From IMG/VR virus record IMGVR_UViG_3300045596_000061, positions 1 to 64,000 of that record: DNA of 64,000 bases. One strand, 5' to 3'. The notes beneath the pieces were generated by a model. That model was not told the origin of the DNA. It saw nothing but the letters and a program-made list of their open reading frames with translations, and did no database searches. The translations under genes were made by a program, and so were the position numbers. Every line of letters starts with the position of its first letter. The first letter of the stretch is position 1. Below are positions 8,501 to 18,126 of this stretch, one piece after another. Source of the DNA: a virus. Its lineage: Duplodnaviria; Caudoviricetes.

Positions 8501-11500
8501 AAATGCCTATAATGATATAGCAAAGTTAATAGGTGAAGTATCTCCTCTTGATAATACTATGTCCTTTAGACAGAATGGTAATAACTATCAGTCTTATGCA
8601 GTACCTAACTATGAAGGAACTATGATTAAGCAGCTCTCATTAGGCTATGAAGATAATGAAAGAAGGAATGCTTATATAGAAAAAGAGTTCAGGGCATTTG
8701 ATTGGTTCTATACTAAAGATGATAATGGTGGTGGAGTATGGCATAATAAGTGGCTAGAATTACTTACAGACAATGATAGAAGTGATGAAGTAAGAAGAAT
8801 GTTTGCTTCTAAAGACATGGATAATATTGATGATACTCTATATGAGAATTGGACAGGTAAGCAAATTAAGAAAGCCTTTCTTAAAGAGTACTTTGCAATA
8901 CCTCATAATAGTAACAGACACTTTGACTATGCTTGGTATAGTTTTCCTATATATGCAGATAGCAAGATGAGTACCTTTGTAAGAATGCCGAAGTTTACAG
9001 GAAGTGCTTATAAGGAAACTCTTAAGCCTATGTTTACAGAGGTAGTCATGCAGGAGTTAAAGAGAATGGGATTAGTACAAAGGAGAGCAGAAAAGGGAGC
9101 TTCTCCTATGCAGAATTTTGATAAGGCAGGAAATAAGTTCTGCTTTTTCCCAGAATTGAATGATATTATAATAGATAACAAGTCCTTCTTAGAAATCTGT
9201 ACTGAGTTTAAGAGAACAAATGATATAGATGGTCTTAAAGCATTCATAGGAAATCAAATAGAGAAAGTACTTAATGATAGATTTACTGATTATATTAAGC
9301 AGGAAGAGTTTGATACTTTAGATATTGGTGAAATTGGAGGTGTTATTGGTTCTAATAAAGAAGAGGATGTACTTAATGCCATGGAAGAATACTTTTGGAA
9401 TCAGACTTTTGCTACTTCTCAGATAATAGAAATGACAGTTACTGACCTTGCATTCTATAAGGATGATGCAGGTATTGACTTCCAAAAGAGATTCAAAGAA
9501 GTATATGCAGCAGGTACTAAGCTCAATACTAATTCAAGATATGGCAGAAAGACTGAAAAGACAATATATCTGAAAGACCTTATAATGACCTCTGCAACTT
9601 ATGCACAGAAGAAATCTTTTCTTGATACAGCAGTAAAAGAAGGTAGAATTACAAGCATGGACAGGGATAATATCCTTAATAAGTTCCAGAATATCAATGC
9701 TACTGATGCACAGGCATTCAGGAGTTTAGCTTCTTATAGAGCTATTCTTGATATGCAGGGAATGTGGAAAGATGAAATGCAGGAAACCTTTGACAGACTT
9801 GAGAATAATACATGGACTATGGCAGACTTTAATACTATCTGGCAGACTATAAAGCCATTCATGTACACTCAGGTGAGTACAGATGATGGGTTAGGAGGTA
9901 AGATAAAAGTAGGGCATCAGAATAAAAACTCTGAGTTCTTACTGTTAGCTACCTATCAGATGTTTAATAGTCTTGCAGGTAAGTCAGACTTAATGAGAGC
10001 TGTAAGTACCTTTATGAAGGAGTATGATATTGATGTAGTGCAATATGAATCTGCTGTTAAAGTAGGAGGTCAGGGTATCATAGACCTTAATTATAGTGGT
10101 GAAAAAGCAGGTAATGCTATTGAAAAGAAAGAATTTAGCACTAAAGATGGTCATAAATATACTCTACCAGATAGCATTAAATCATTTGATGATATTAAGG
10201 CATACTTTGACAAGGAGCTTAATGATGGTAATATAGAACAGAAGGATTATAATAATATAATAGACTATTTTACTCCTGACTTTAATGAAGTATATTCTAC
10301 TCTTAAAGAAGAAGTTACTACTAATAAGCATTATGAAACTGATGTACTTAAAGTAGATGGGGATAATAAAAAGACCTATAATACTTCTGTAGTACATGAA
10401 CTTCCTTATGATGATTATATGGTAGCACAGGCTAATCCTGAACATCTTTTAGATGCTAAAGCTGTATTTGGTTCTCAGTTCAGGAATATCATTCTTTCAA
10501 ATATTACAGATGAAACAGAGGTAGAATTACCAAGTGGGGAAAAGCTTAAAGGCAAGGCTATATTAGAGGCTTATCAGTCATGTATAGTATCTAATTTACT
10601 TGATGATGCAGAGAAACTTACAGGTGAAATAAATAGCATTGAAGACTTACAGGATAGAATGCTCAGTATAGTAAAAGGTAATGATAAATATGGTAAAGAT
10701 ATACTTGATGCTCTTCAGATAGTTACAGTTACTGATAAGGATGGTAATAAGGAGAAAGTATTTAATATGCCTTTACATAGTCTTAGTACTACTATAAAGA
10801 TACAGGAGATTATAAACTCTATGTTTAAGAATGCTGTAACTAAGCAGAGTATTAAAGGTGGTACTTGTGTACTTGTATCTGATGTAGGATATACTAAAGA
10901 GCTTCATTTACTACAGGATAAAGATGGTAGAGTACAATATGCTCAATGCTATTTACCTGCATTCAGTAAGAAGTTCTATGAACCTTTCCTAAAAGATGTG
11001 TATAAGAAAGACAGCAGAGGCAATGATACTGATGAAGTAATAGGTAAAGAGATAGACATAGAAAAACTTAGAAATGCTGACCCAGCAATGCTCAAATTAA
11101 TAGGTTATAGAATACCTACAGAGTCTAAGTACTCTATGATTCCTCTGCTTATTAAGGGCTTCTTACCTCAGGAGAATGGCTCTTCAATAATGCTTCCTTC
11201 AGATATGACTACTATAGCAGGATGGGACTTTGATGTTGATAAACTATTCTTAATGATACCTGAATTTCAACTTGAGAAAAGCTATGATATTAAGAAGGCA
11301 TGGCATGATTTCTATAAAGCTAATCCTGATACAGGTAAAGAGGACTCAAACTTAGTACGTGAATTTAATGAGAATGTAGAAAGTACTAAAGAAAGTCATA
11401 AAGGAGAAATTCTTGATATTGAAAATGAGGAAACATTTAATAATTTCTTCAATCTCTATCTTAAGAAGATGAAAGAACAAGGCCTTAAGAGAAATAGCCT

Positions 11501-14006
11501 TGATGGTGTCAAGAAAGAATTTAGTGACTGGTTTAAAAAGAATAAAAAGAATTATATTACTTCTGAAACTTATAAGAAAGTTCAATATGACAATAATAAG
11601 CCAGCATTAAATAATAGTAGACAGCAAAGAAATAATAGAATAATAGATTTAGCTACTGCTATACTTCAGAGTAAAACAGGTGCTGAGGAAATAATGAGAC
11701 CTGGAAATTTTGATAACATAGAATTAGAGTCGAGAATAGCTGATATTATAACAGATAAAGATTTACTTGAATCATTCCTAAGTTCACTAGGTATAAATAG
11801 TAATGAATTAAATAAGGACTCTTATGATAAAATTATAAAAGAACTTATTAAAGAGGGAGCAAATAAAAGACTTAAGGATTTTATTAAGAAACATAAACAG
11901 AAGAAGTCTCCTCTTACTCCTCAGACCTTCATTTATAATCATAAGCAGAATATGGTAAGTAAGGCTCTTATAGGTATATATGCTAATAATACAACAGGAC
12001 AGGCAAAATATCAAGGAACTGATTTAGCTATAGATAATAAGTATGTATTTGAGATTAATGGTAGAAAAATACAAAGTCTACATGATATATACACTATTAT
12101 TAATGATAAGAGAATAAAGATTTCTGATAATAATGCAGAATTTTCAGCAGCTTCTGTTGATGGTGTAAAGAATCCTGTGCTTGCTAAACTTATGCAGAAT
12201 AAAAATACAGCAAGCATAACCTGTTTTATGCTTAGAAGTGGAATGAGTATAAGGGAAATATCTCTGTTATTTAATAGCCCTATAGTGAAGAAAGTAATAG
12301 ATATTGATGGAGACCTTTCAAATTTAGAGAAGTATATAAAGGCAAGTATTGATGCATACAATGGTGTTAGGGATAATCCAAAAGTTACTTTTAAAGATAT
12401 TAAAATAACTAATAGAGGACTTTTAACAACTATTATTAATGATACTTTACCTAAGTATAAATATACACCACAGACACTATCTTATAATATAGCTGCTGCA
12501 ATGAAAATGTTACATATATATAATATGAGTCAGGATTTATCTGACCTTACTAGAATAACAAGAGCAGATTCACCTAATGGAGCTATAGGAAGAAGTCTTG
12601 CAATAGCAAAGAAGCAGACAATGGATGTAGAGCTATTTAATGAAAAATCAAGAGCTGGATTATTATATCTTACAGGAACAGAAGGCATTATAGCAAATAA
12701 TGTAGTTTCCCAAAAGATGGGTAAAATAGAAAAACTACAAAGATTCATGTCATCTAAAATACCTATGCTACAAGCTATGTATTCATTAGGAATAGAGCTA
12801 GGACTTGAGATAGATAAAAAGTATTTTGTACAGCTTTCTGATTATGCAGACTCTATGCTTAATGCATTATTTATTAATAGCCCACATGATACTGTAGATG
12901 TAGGTATAATTGAGAAATTCTACTCAGAGCTTATTACTTTTGGTCTTAGTGATACTACCTTACTTGGAGATGATCCTGATAATGGAGAAACCTATGAAGG
13001 AAAAAGAGATTACTACCTTTATAAGTTCCCACAGGATTTATTTAAAAAGCTTAGTAAAGAAGAAAATAAGGATATAGCTTCTTTAAGTGCTATAAGACTT
13101 CTTGAGATAAAGGATGGTAAGCTGATTATAAATGAATCTGCAAGAGTAAATGACCTTATGAAGCAAATGCTTATGAGTGATTTTGACAATCTTCTTTATA
13201 TGAGTGGGGAAAAAGCTAAAGATGCTCAAGAAATAGCAGTAGACTTACTAAGATATGTTTATTATAGTGAGGGAACTCAGTTTGGTCCTAATAGTATAGG
13301 TAATCTATTAAGTACTACATTCTATACAAGTTTCCCAGAGTATGTAAAATGTCTTAGAGATATGGAAGGCAGTATAATTGAAAATAAAAAATGGAGTAAA
13401 TTTCTACCCTTATTTTATTTAAATAACTATATAGGCATAACTTCTAAAGGAGTATTAAGGCAGTTTGTTCCTAGATTCAAACTTAACACAGATGATATAA
13501 ATGGTGATGGAATAATTACTGTTGATACTGAGAAAGCCACCTCTGATTTAGGAGTACAATATGAATATATTAAATTAGATTCTGACTCAGGTGAATTGCT
13601 GCTTAAAAACACTCATAATTCTGATAATTCAGATTTAGTAGAGTATTCAAGAGTAAAAACCCCTGATACAAATGGTATTCCTTATTATAATATTAATGGT
13701 AGTATAAGTGATATGCAAAAGTATAAAAGAAAGACATATGAAAGTAGTAAGGTAGAGCAAATGCAGAATACTGCTAAGTCACTTGATGAAAATAATGATA
13801 ATGCTACTATAGGTAATAACAGTATTAATGCAGATAGCTTTACTATGAGTGTAGACTCATCAGAAATGGTAAGTACACTGCAAAATGGAGGTATAGATAA
13901 TCTGGAAAGTTTTAATAAAAAACTTGCAAGTGCTACAGGGGATGAGACTATTGAAGGTTCTGCTACTAATTATCAAAATCATAGAAATGCTGCAAACTTT
14001 TGTTAA
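5505..14006 (+). CDS. virion-packaged single-chain RNA polymerase (crAss-type), with accessory N-terminal domains
   Basis: about 2830 aa; YRIPTE...AGWDFDVDKL catalytic DxDxD motif, TDAQ, IGIYAN, SVDGVKNP; ATG 5505 preferred because the called TTG start at 5478 lies inside the promoter box. Confidence 0.9.
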   Translation: MGQSCTIIPDSTLKEYAQSIGIPKETANMLYGKIIDKHIKGNRTDNKVTEKELRDEYIASDDFHKLPDNYNIEESNKTVVSEDSNKMIEANHSLISYADNDMSSMTLNKVESLDFYLNKVLPKEYQTQFFKDSLNEISKKGAFIKYYEIFREEATSNILQNNGKEVASTISDIAAYRASQYIKALSANKQSHTKFFDIQGYFNITPIQSVDKKASIKSSIATQFIGFGEGIANSSTESYRKQAGEYANTGHYSSNDVIFISIVGKRGDAITRKEQQDKTIKEALKAIAAGATLITDNKAYTDSSDYNEGEKRLAKNLEAEGYTYSETIVSGQTLGVWTNNGDKRDILELANKKFKERSTSAIKEQSSNIYSQLGSKTKSENIELVSWGSLKNLTSPLTSNGEIVATRLKGDTSANFGNTFTPDSKIKRNNKLLTLVNNTKEAVTKYIEAVLYSNDSHYKWIREQIQSGNLKGKKILYYTELNEPSHATALDWLINSKDSPLNINNQNSSKLEEQSSLPDIKTPKEASAYVSPDKDTPRAKLGRDMSPIEIYNRKLKLARDFSGKINIALRKQIREAQDRLNALDVNDPDYAKKSEDINNEIKALRDSEQGRRQLLTTTLKPEDIFNMMREDYKEIVNYSDEDLEDAYGKDWRHVKEGYIKILNNFDALVEESMPLVEHAEKFKVITKRIDNKKGRDTLSGETKDSQDLTDTEEAENGDDENGKRVNGSEGWSENIRFQDSYDTQRAETRQVLSNIMEVKIDSDGREVTQTDDLQEPKYLREDYAHAVMLSELAPMLINPDDFSTKTKKEDGTYEYTLPALDKLVKKYPWMGQVEVRLLHDPRLISIFYNDMRKDFVPRWMQRDNKTFPLNMELPVKSMLKGVSTAYTLSTYFTKTPIYGSNFTVNSTNAKKVNDNLTLLAKEVAKAKKQNILLSNEVYDGIAYTLASVGFDISVDSLKALSLNGLRDVCNDLGSILDIAEKGNIDLNGLMQNTLNMKKQNAYNDIAKLIGEVSPLDNTMSFRQNGNNYQSYAVPNYEGTMIKQLSLGYEDNERRNAYIEKEFRAFDWFYTKDDNGGGVWHNKWLELLTDNDRSDEVRRMFASKDMDNIDDTLYENWTGKQIKKAFLKEYFAIPHNSNRHFDYAWYSFPIYADSKMSTFVRMPKFTGSAYKETLKPMFTEVVMQELKRMGLVQRRAEKGASPMQNFDKAGNKFCFFPELNDIIIDNKSFLEICTEFKRTNDIDGLKAFIGNQIEKVLNDRFTDYIKQEEFDTLDIGEIGGVIGSNKEEDVLNAMEEYFWNQTFATSQIIEMTVTDLAFYKDDAGIDFQKRFKEVYAAGTKLNTNSRYGRKTEKTIYLKDLIMTSATYAQKKSFLDTAVKEGRITSMDRDNILNKFQNINATDAQAFRSLASYRAILDMQGMWKDEMQETFDRLENNTWTMADFNTIWQTIKPFMYTQVSTDDGLGGKIKVGHQNKNSEFLLLATYQMFNSLAGKSDLMRAVSTFMKEYDIDVVQYESAVKVGGQGIIDLNYSGEKAGNAIEKKEFSTKDGHKYTLPDSIKSFDDIKAYFDKELNDGNIEQKDYNNIIDYFTPDFNEVYSTLKEEVTTNKHYETDVLKVDGDNKKTYNTSVVHELPYDDYMVAQANPEHLLDAKAVFGSQFRNIILSNITDETEVELPSGEKLKGKAILEAYQSCIVSNLLDDAEKLTGEINSIEDLQDRMLSIVKGNDKYGKDILDALQIVTVTDKDGNKEKVFNMPLHSLSTTIKIQEIINSMFKNAVTKQSIKGGTCVLVSDVGYTKELHLLQDKDGRVQYAQCYLPAFSKKFYEPFLKDVYKKDSRGNDTDEVIGKEIDIEKLRNADPAMLKLIGYRIPTESKYSMIPLLIKGFLPQENGSSIMLPSDMTTIAGWDFDVDKLFLMIPEFQLEKSYDIKKAWHDFYKANPDTGKEDSNLVREFNENVESTKESHKGEILDIENEETFNNFFNLYLKKMKEQGLKRNSLDGVKKEFSDWFKKNKKNYITSETYKKVQYDNNKPALNNSRQQRNNRIIDLATAILQSKTGAEEIMRPGNFDNIELESRIADIITDKDLLESFLSSLGINSNELNKDSYDKIIKELIKEGANKRLKDFIKKHKQKKSPLTPQTFIYNHKQNMVSKALIGIYANNTTGQAKYQGTDLAIDNKYVFEINGRKIQSLHDIYTIINDKRIKISDNNAEFSAASVDGVKNPVLAKLMQNKNTASITCFMLRSGMSIREISLLFNSPIVKKVIDIDGDLSNLEKYIKASIDAYNGVRDNPKVTFKDIKITNRGLLTTIINDTLPKYKYTPQTLSYNIAAAMKMLHIYNMSQDLSDLTRITRADSPNGAIGRSLAIAKKQTMDVELFNEKSRAGLLYLTGTEGIIANNVVSQKMGKIEKLQRFMSSKIPMLQAMYSLGIELGLEIDKKYFVQLSDYADSMLNALFINSPHDTVDVGIIEKFYSELITFGLSDTTLLGDDPDNGETYEGKRDYYLYKFPQDLFKKLSKEENKDIASLSAIRLLEIKDGKLIINESARVNDLMKQMLMSDFDNLLYMSGEKAKDAQEIAVDLLRYVYYSEGTQFGPNSIGNLLSTTFYTSFPEYVKCLRDMEGSIIENKKWSKFLPLFYLNNYIGITSKGVLRQFVPRFKLNTDDINGDGIITVDTEKATSDLGVQYEYIKLDSDSGELLLKNTHNSDNSDLVEYSRVKTPDTNGIPYYNINGSISDMQKYKRKTYESSKVEQMQNTAKSLDENNDNATIGNNSINADSFTMSVDSSEMVSTLQNGGIDNLESFNKKLASATGDETIEGSATNYQNHRNAANFC

Positions 14007-14030
14007 ATGAATAATTATAATTAATAAAAT

Positions 14031-17000
14031 ATGGCTTCATGTGTATATGCTCCTAAAAAGGGAGTAAAAACTTTTTATAAATTGAAGAGTAACTTTGGCT
14101 ATAGCAGTGCTTGTAAAATATATAATATAAGTACTAACCCAAAGTTTATTCAGGACTTTAAGGACACTCTCAGCTTAGATGCTGAGGGTGTTCCTACATA
14201 TGCTTCTCTTATGAAAAACTCTGTAATAAAAAATTTTCTTGGTAAGGATACAGTAATAAGAGAATTAAATAAGCATTTCCCTAAAAGGGATGACACTATT
14301 GATAATTATAAATTAGCTTTAGTTGATGCTCTTAATTTCAATAGGACTGATGAGAACAGTGATAAATATGTTGCTACTGTTGAAACTAATGATGATGGTA
14401 AAATAGCAGTCTCTGTTAAAGAGAAGACTGCTGAAACTGCTAAAGAAGCTGCTGGGCAACAGGCTACAAGAGTACTTAATGATAAGATAGTATCTATACT
14501 TGAACCTTTAGGAGTAAACATAGGTATGCTTACTGATGAGGAAGTGGGTGCAGGTAGAGTTGGTGTAACTGACTTTTCTACAGCAAAAAGAATTGCAGAA
14601 GATATAGTATCTATGATAAAACTTGCTAATAATACTGAGGGATATAAAGCCCTTAGTGAGGAGTTTTCACATCTTATTATAGGAGCTATGAGAACAGAGC
14701 CTCTTATAAGTAGGTCAATAAAAAGTCTTGCTGATAATCCTGATGTCCTTATGAATATATTAGGAGAAGATGATTATTATGATACTCTTAATTACTATGA
14801 GGGTTATGATAATGCTATGCAGTTAGTAGCAGAGGAAGCTTTAGGAAGGCTTCTTCAAACTAGTTTAAAAGAGCAGTTAAGTGAGAAAACACAACCAAGT
14901 AATTTACTTAGAAGAGCATTTAATTATATTGTAAATAAGTTCAAGAAAATGAACTTCAATGATGTAGAAAGGTCTATAAGTGATGCACAGATAGTTATGA
15001 ATACCATGGCTGAGAAGATAATGTCAGGTACCTTTATGCTTTCTAAAGAAAATATAGCAAAGAGTCAGAGAGAAGCTAGCTTTAATGCTCTCAGTAAAAA
15101 AATACAAAGAAATATAGACATACTTAATAATGCTATTAATACTGAAGTTAAGAGATATAAGATAACTAATCCTACATCTGAAAGAAAAGAAGCTATTAAA
15201 AAGGATATAGATGCATTAAAGAAACAAGCAGCAGATAAAGAGCATACAGTATTAGGACTTTTAAATTATGCTAAACAAGCAGTAGATTCATTCAAGTCAT
15301 CTTCTTTAGTACTTGATAATATAGGTACAGAAACTGATATTCCTAAAAAATTTAAGACCCTTAGAGGTATAAGAGTAACTATTGATTCATATAGTAAGTT
15401 TATAAAAGAACTTAATGATGCTTATAATGAGGAAACTGATGAAGATAGTGATTTTAAGAAAGAATTTACTGTAGAAACTCCTTTAGGAAAAGAAGTACTT
15501 AATATGAGTGAACTTATAAAAGACTTAAATACACAGTCACAACTCTTGACAAGTAAATATCTTAAAACCGTCTTACCTGCATTTGCACAATACCTTGAGC
15601 CTATATTAGGGAAGAAAATAGCTACATCAATGAAAGATAGTGCAGGTAATGAAATTACAGTAGAAGAACTTCTTACAAAGGCAAGCAGTGATATATCATT
15701 TTTAGATAGATGGCTTGATTCTATGGCTGATAGTTCAGATGTATTATTACAGGCATTTGATGAAGTATATAAGAGAGCTGTTGATAAATCAAGACTTGAA
15801 AGTATTAAGGAATTTAAGGAAATACAGGCACTTAGACAAGAAGCAGAATCCTATGGAATAACCTCATATGAATGGATGTTTGAAAGGGATAAAGAAGGAA
15901 ATAAAACAGGTAATTATATAAGTGAAATAAATTCAACACAGTACTATAAAGACTTAAAAGATGAATCTGATAAGCTTGATAAAAAATATGGCAAGAATCC
16001 TACAGATAAGGATAAAGTAAGTGCTAAAGCAGAAGAGAGAAAAGCATGGTTAAGAGAACATGCAGTCAGAGGTATTGATGGAAGATATTATGCAAATCCA
16101 AGAGTATATCATAATAGAGATTTTAATAAATTAACTGCACACCAGAAGATTATATGGAAAAAATTTCTTGAGTTTAAAGCTAAACATGATATTAAGTACT
16201 CAGAGGACACTAATAATCTTAAGGCTATACAGATAAGAAAAGATGGTATTCAAAGATTTATAGACTCAGCTTCTTCACCAAGTTCTATATGGACTAATAT
16301 AAAAGATAATATAGCAAGTACCTTCTTAGAAAGAGCTGATGATGACTCTATCTATGGTGATAAGTCAAGAAGAGGTCTTACTGACTTTAATGGTAAAGAG
16401 TTTATGGTGTTACCTAAATTATATACTAATTCATTAGAAAATTCCAATGAACTTTCTACTGATATATTTGGTACTTTAATAGCATATACTGCTTCTACAA
16501 ATAACTATGAGGAACTTGATAAGATAGTAGACCCTCTTGAAACAGGAAGAACACTAGTTCAAGAAGCAAGACAGGTACAGAGTACAAGAGGAAATAAGAT
16601 AGTTAATGAAACCTTTAAAGCAGCAGGAGTTGAAGTTAAAAATACTGTGTTTGACCCTAAGGGAACTAATATAGAAAAGAAGCTGAATGACTTTATGGAA
16701 TCTCAGATTTATCATAAATACTTAAAGGATTCAGGTACATTTGATGTATTTAAGAAAGCAGTTAATAAAAATAAACTTACTAGTTGGTTCTTAGGATTAT
16801 CCTCAACAGCACAACTTGGATTTAACTTCTTAGCTAATGAAGCTAATGTTGCTACTGGTGTGAGTATGCAGAATATAGAAGCAGCAGCAGGAGAATACTT
16901 TACTGCAAAAGAATTACTTATTGCTGACAAAGAATATACAAAGTATATAGGAGCTTTTGTAAGTGAGCTTGGAAGTAGAAATAAAAAAAGTAAATTAGCT

Positions 17001-18041
17001 CTATTTGATGAGCTTTTTGATATAAGACAGAACTTTAGTAAGAGTGGTTCTCATAAGAACATGAGAAGTAATTGGGTAGCAAGATTATTTGGTGAAGATA
17101 TACAGTTCATAGGGCAGGATGGTGGAGATCATTGGTTATATAATAGAACTGCAATAGCTATGGCTAAACATGAAAAAGTTAAAGTTCCAGGCAAAGGAAC
17201 TATATCCTTGTGGGATGCTCTAACTATAAGTAATGTATTTAAAGATAATAATAGCATTAAACAGATGACCATTCCTGAAGGAACTACTACTGCTAATGGT
17301 GAACTCTTTGATATACATAAATTTACAAGGAAAGTAGCTCATGTAAATCAGACTCTGTTTGGTATTTATAATGATGAAGATAGAATGGCTGCCAATAGAG
17401 TTATTATGGGCAGACTTATAATGCAGTATAGAAAATGGATGAAACCTCAATTTAATAAGAGATTTCAAAAAGCACAGTATTCAATATCTACTGAACAATG
17501 GGAAGAAGGATATTATGTTACATTTGCAAAAATGATAAATAATCTTGTTAGAGGTAAAGTTCAATTAGGAGAGCAATGGCATAATATGTCAAACCATGAG
17601 AAAGCTAATATAAAAAGAGTTCTTGCAGAAGTAGCACAATTCTTTGCTGTCTGGCTTCTTGCTAATATTATTGAATGGCCTGATGATAAAAAGAGACCAT
17701 GGGCTATGAAATTTGCAGAATACTCAAGTAAGAGACTAGTGCATGAGTTAGGTAATCTTACTCCAAGTACTACAATGGCTAATGAAATATTAAAAACAGT
17801 GCAATCTCCTGCTGCCTCTATAAGTATGGTTAATAATATAGTTAATCTTATAGGTAGTGCAATAGACCCAAGAGACTGGACTAATGAGATTTCTACAGGA
17901 CCATATAAAGGTTATAGTACATTTGAGAAGAATTTATACAGGGCACCAATTCCAGGAGTTATGCAATATAAGCAGGTTGATAAATTTGTTAATGAGATTG
18001 ATAATAGTATTCAATTTTATGCAAGACCTTCAGGGTATTAA
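14031..18041 (+). CDS. large virion cargo protein co-transcribed with RNAP; degenerate zincin-like motif
   Basis: 1336 aa, helical; SEEFSH...AEEALG; position next to the crAss RNAP. Confidence 0.65.
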   Translation: MASCVYAPKKGVKTFYKLKSNFGYSSACKIYNISTNPKFIQDFKDTLSLDAEGVPTYASLMKNSVIKNFLGKDTVIRELNKHFPKRDDTIDNYKLALVDALNFNRTDENSDKYVATVETNDDGKIAVSVKEKTAETAKEAAGQQATRVLNDKIVSILEPLGVNIGMLTDEEVGAGRVGVTDFSTAKRIAEDIVSMIKLANNTEGYKALSEEFSHLIIGAMRTEPLISRSIKSLADNPDVLMNILGEDDYYDTLNYYEGYDNAMQLVAEEALGRLLQTSLKEQLSEKTQPSNLLRRAFNYIVNKFKKMNFNDVERSISDAQIVMNTMAEKIMSGTFMLSKENIAKSQREASFNALSKKIQRNIDILNNAINTEVKRYKITNPTSERKEAIKKDIDALKKQAADKEHTVLGLLNYAKQAVDSFKSSSLVLDNIGTETDIPKKFKTLRGIRVTIDSYSKFIKELNDAYNEETDEDSDFKKEFTVETPLGKEVLNMSELIKDLNTQSQLLTSKYLKTVLPAFAQYLEPILGKKIATSMKDSAGNEITVEELLTKASSDISFLDRWLDSMADSSDVLLQAFDEVYKRAVDKSRLESIKEFKEIQALRQEAESYGITSYEWMFERDKEGNKTGNYISEINSTQYYKDLKDESDKLDKKYGKNPTDKDKVSAKAEERKAWLREHAVRGIDGRYYANPRVYHNRDFNKLTAHQKIIWKKFLEFKAKHDIKYSEDTNNLKAIQIRKDGIQRFIDSASSPSSIWTNIKDNIASTFLERADDDSIYGDKSRRGLTDFNGKEFMVLPKLYTNSLENSNELSTDIFGTLIAYTASTNNYEELDKIVDPLETGRTLVQEARQVQSTRGNKIVNETFKAAGVEVKNTVFDPKGTNIEKKLNDFMESQIYHKYLKDSGTFDVFKKAVNKNKLTSWFLGLSSTAQLGFNFLANEANVATGVSMQNIEAAAGEYFTAKELLIADKEYTKYIGAFVSELGSRNKKSKLALFDELFDIRQNFSKSGSHKNMRSNWVARLFGEDIQFIGQDGGDHWLYNRTAIAMAKHEKVKVPGKGTISLWDALTISNVFKDNNSIKQMTIPEGTTTANGELFDIHKFTRKVAHVNQTLFGIYNDEDRMAANRVIMGRLIMQYRKWMKPQFNKRFQKAQYSISTEQWEEGYYVTFAKMINNLVRGKVQLGEQWHNMSNHEKANIKRVLAEVAQFFAVWLLANIIEWPDDKKRPWAMKFAEYSSKRLVHELGNLTPSTTMANEILKTVQSPAASISMVNNIVNLIGSAIDPRDWTNEISTGPYKGYSTFEKNLYRAPIPGVMQYKQVDKFVNEIDNSIQFYARPSGY

Positions 18042-18066
18042 TTATTAAGTCTTTATAAGACTATAC

Positions 18067-18110
18067 AAAATAGGGGATATACTTTAATTAGTATATCCCC
18101 TTATTTTTTT
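18067..18110. terminator. bidirectional intrinsic terminator between convergent giant genes
   Basis: GGGGATATACT-TTAATT-AGTATATCCCC flanked by A and T tracts. Confidence 0.9.
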
Positions 18111-18126
18111 TATTCTCTTATTATAT

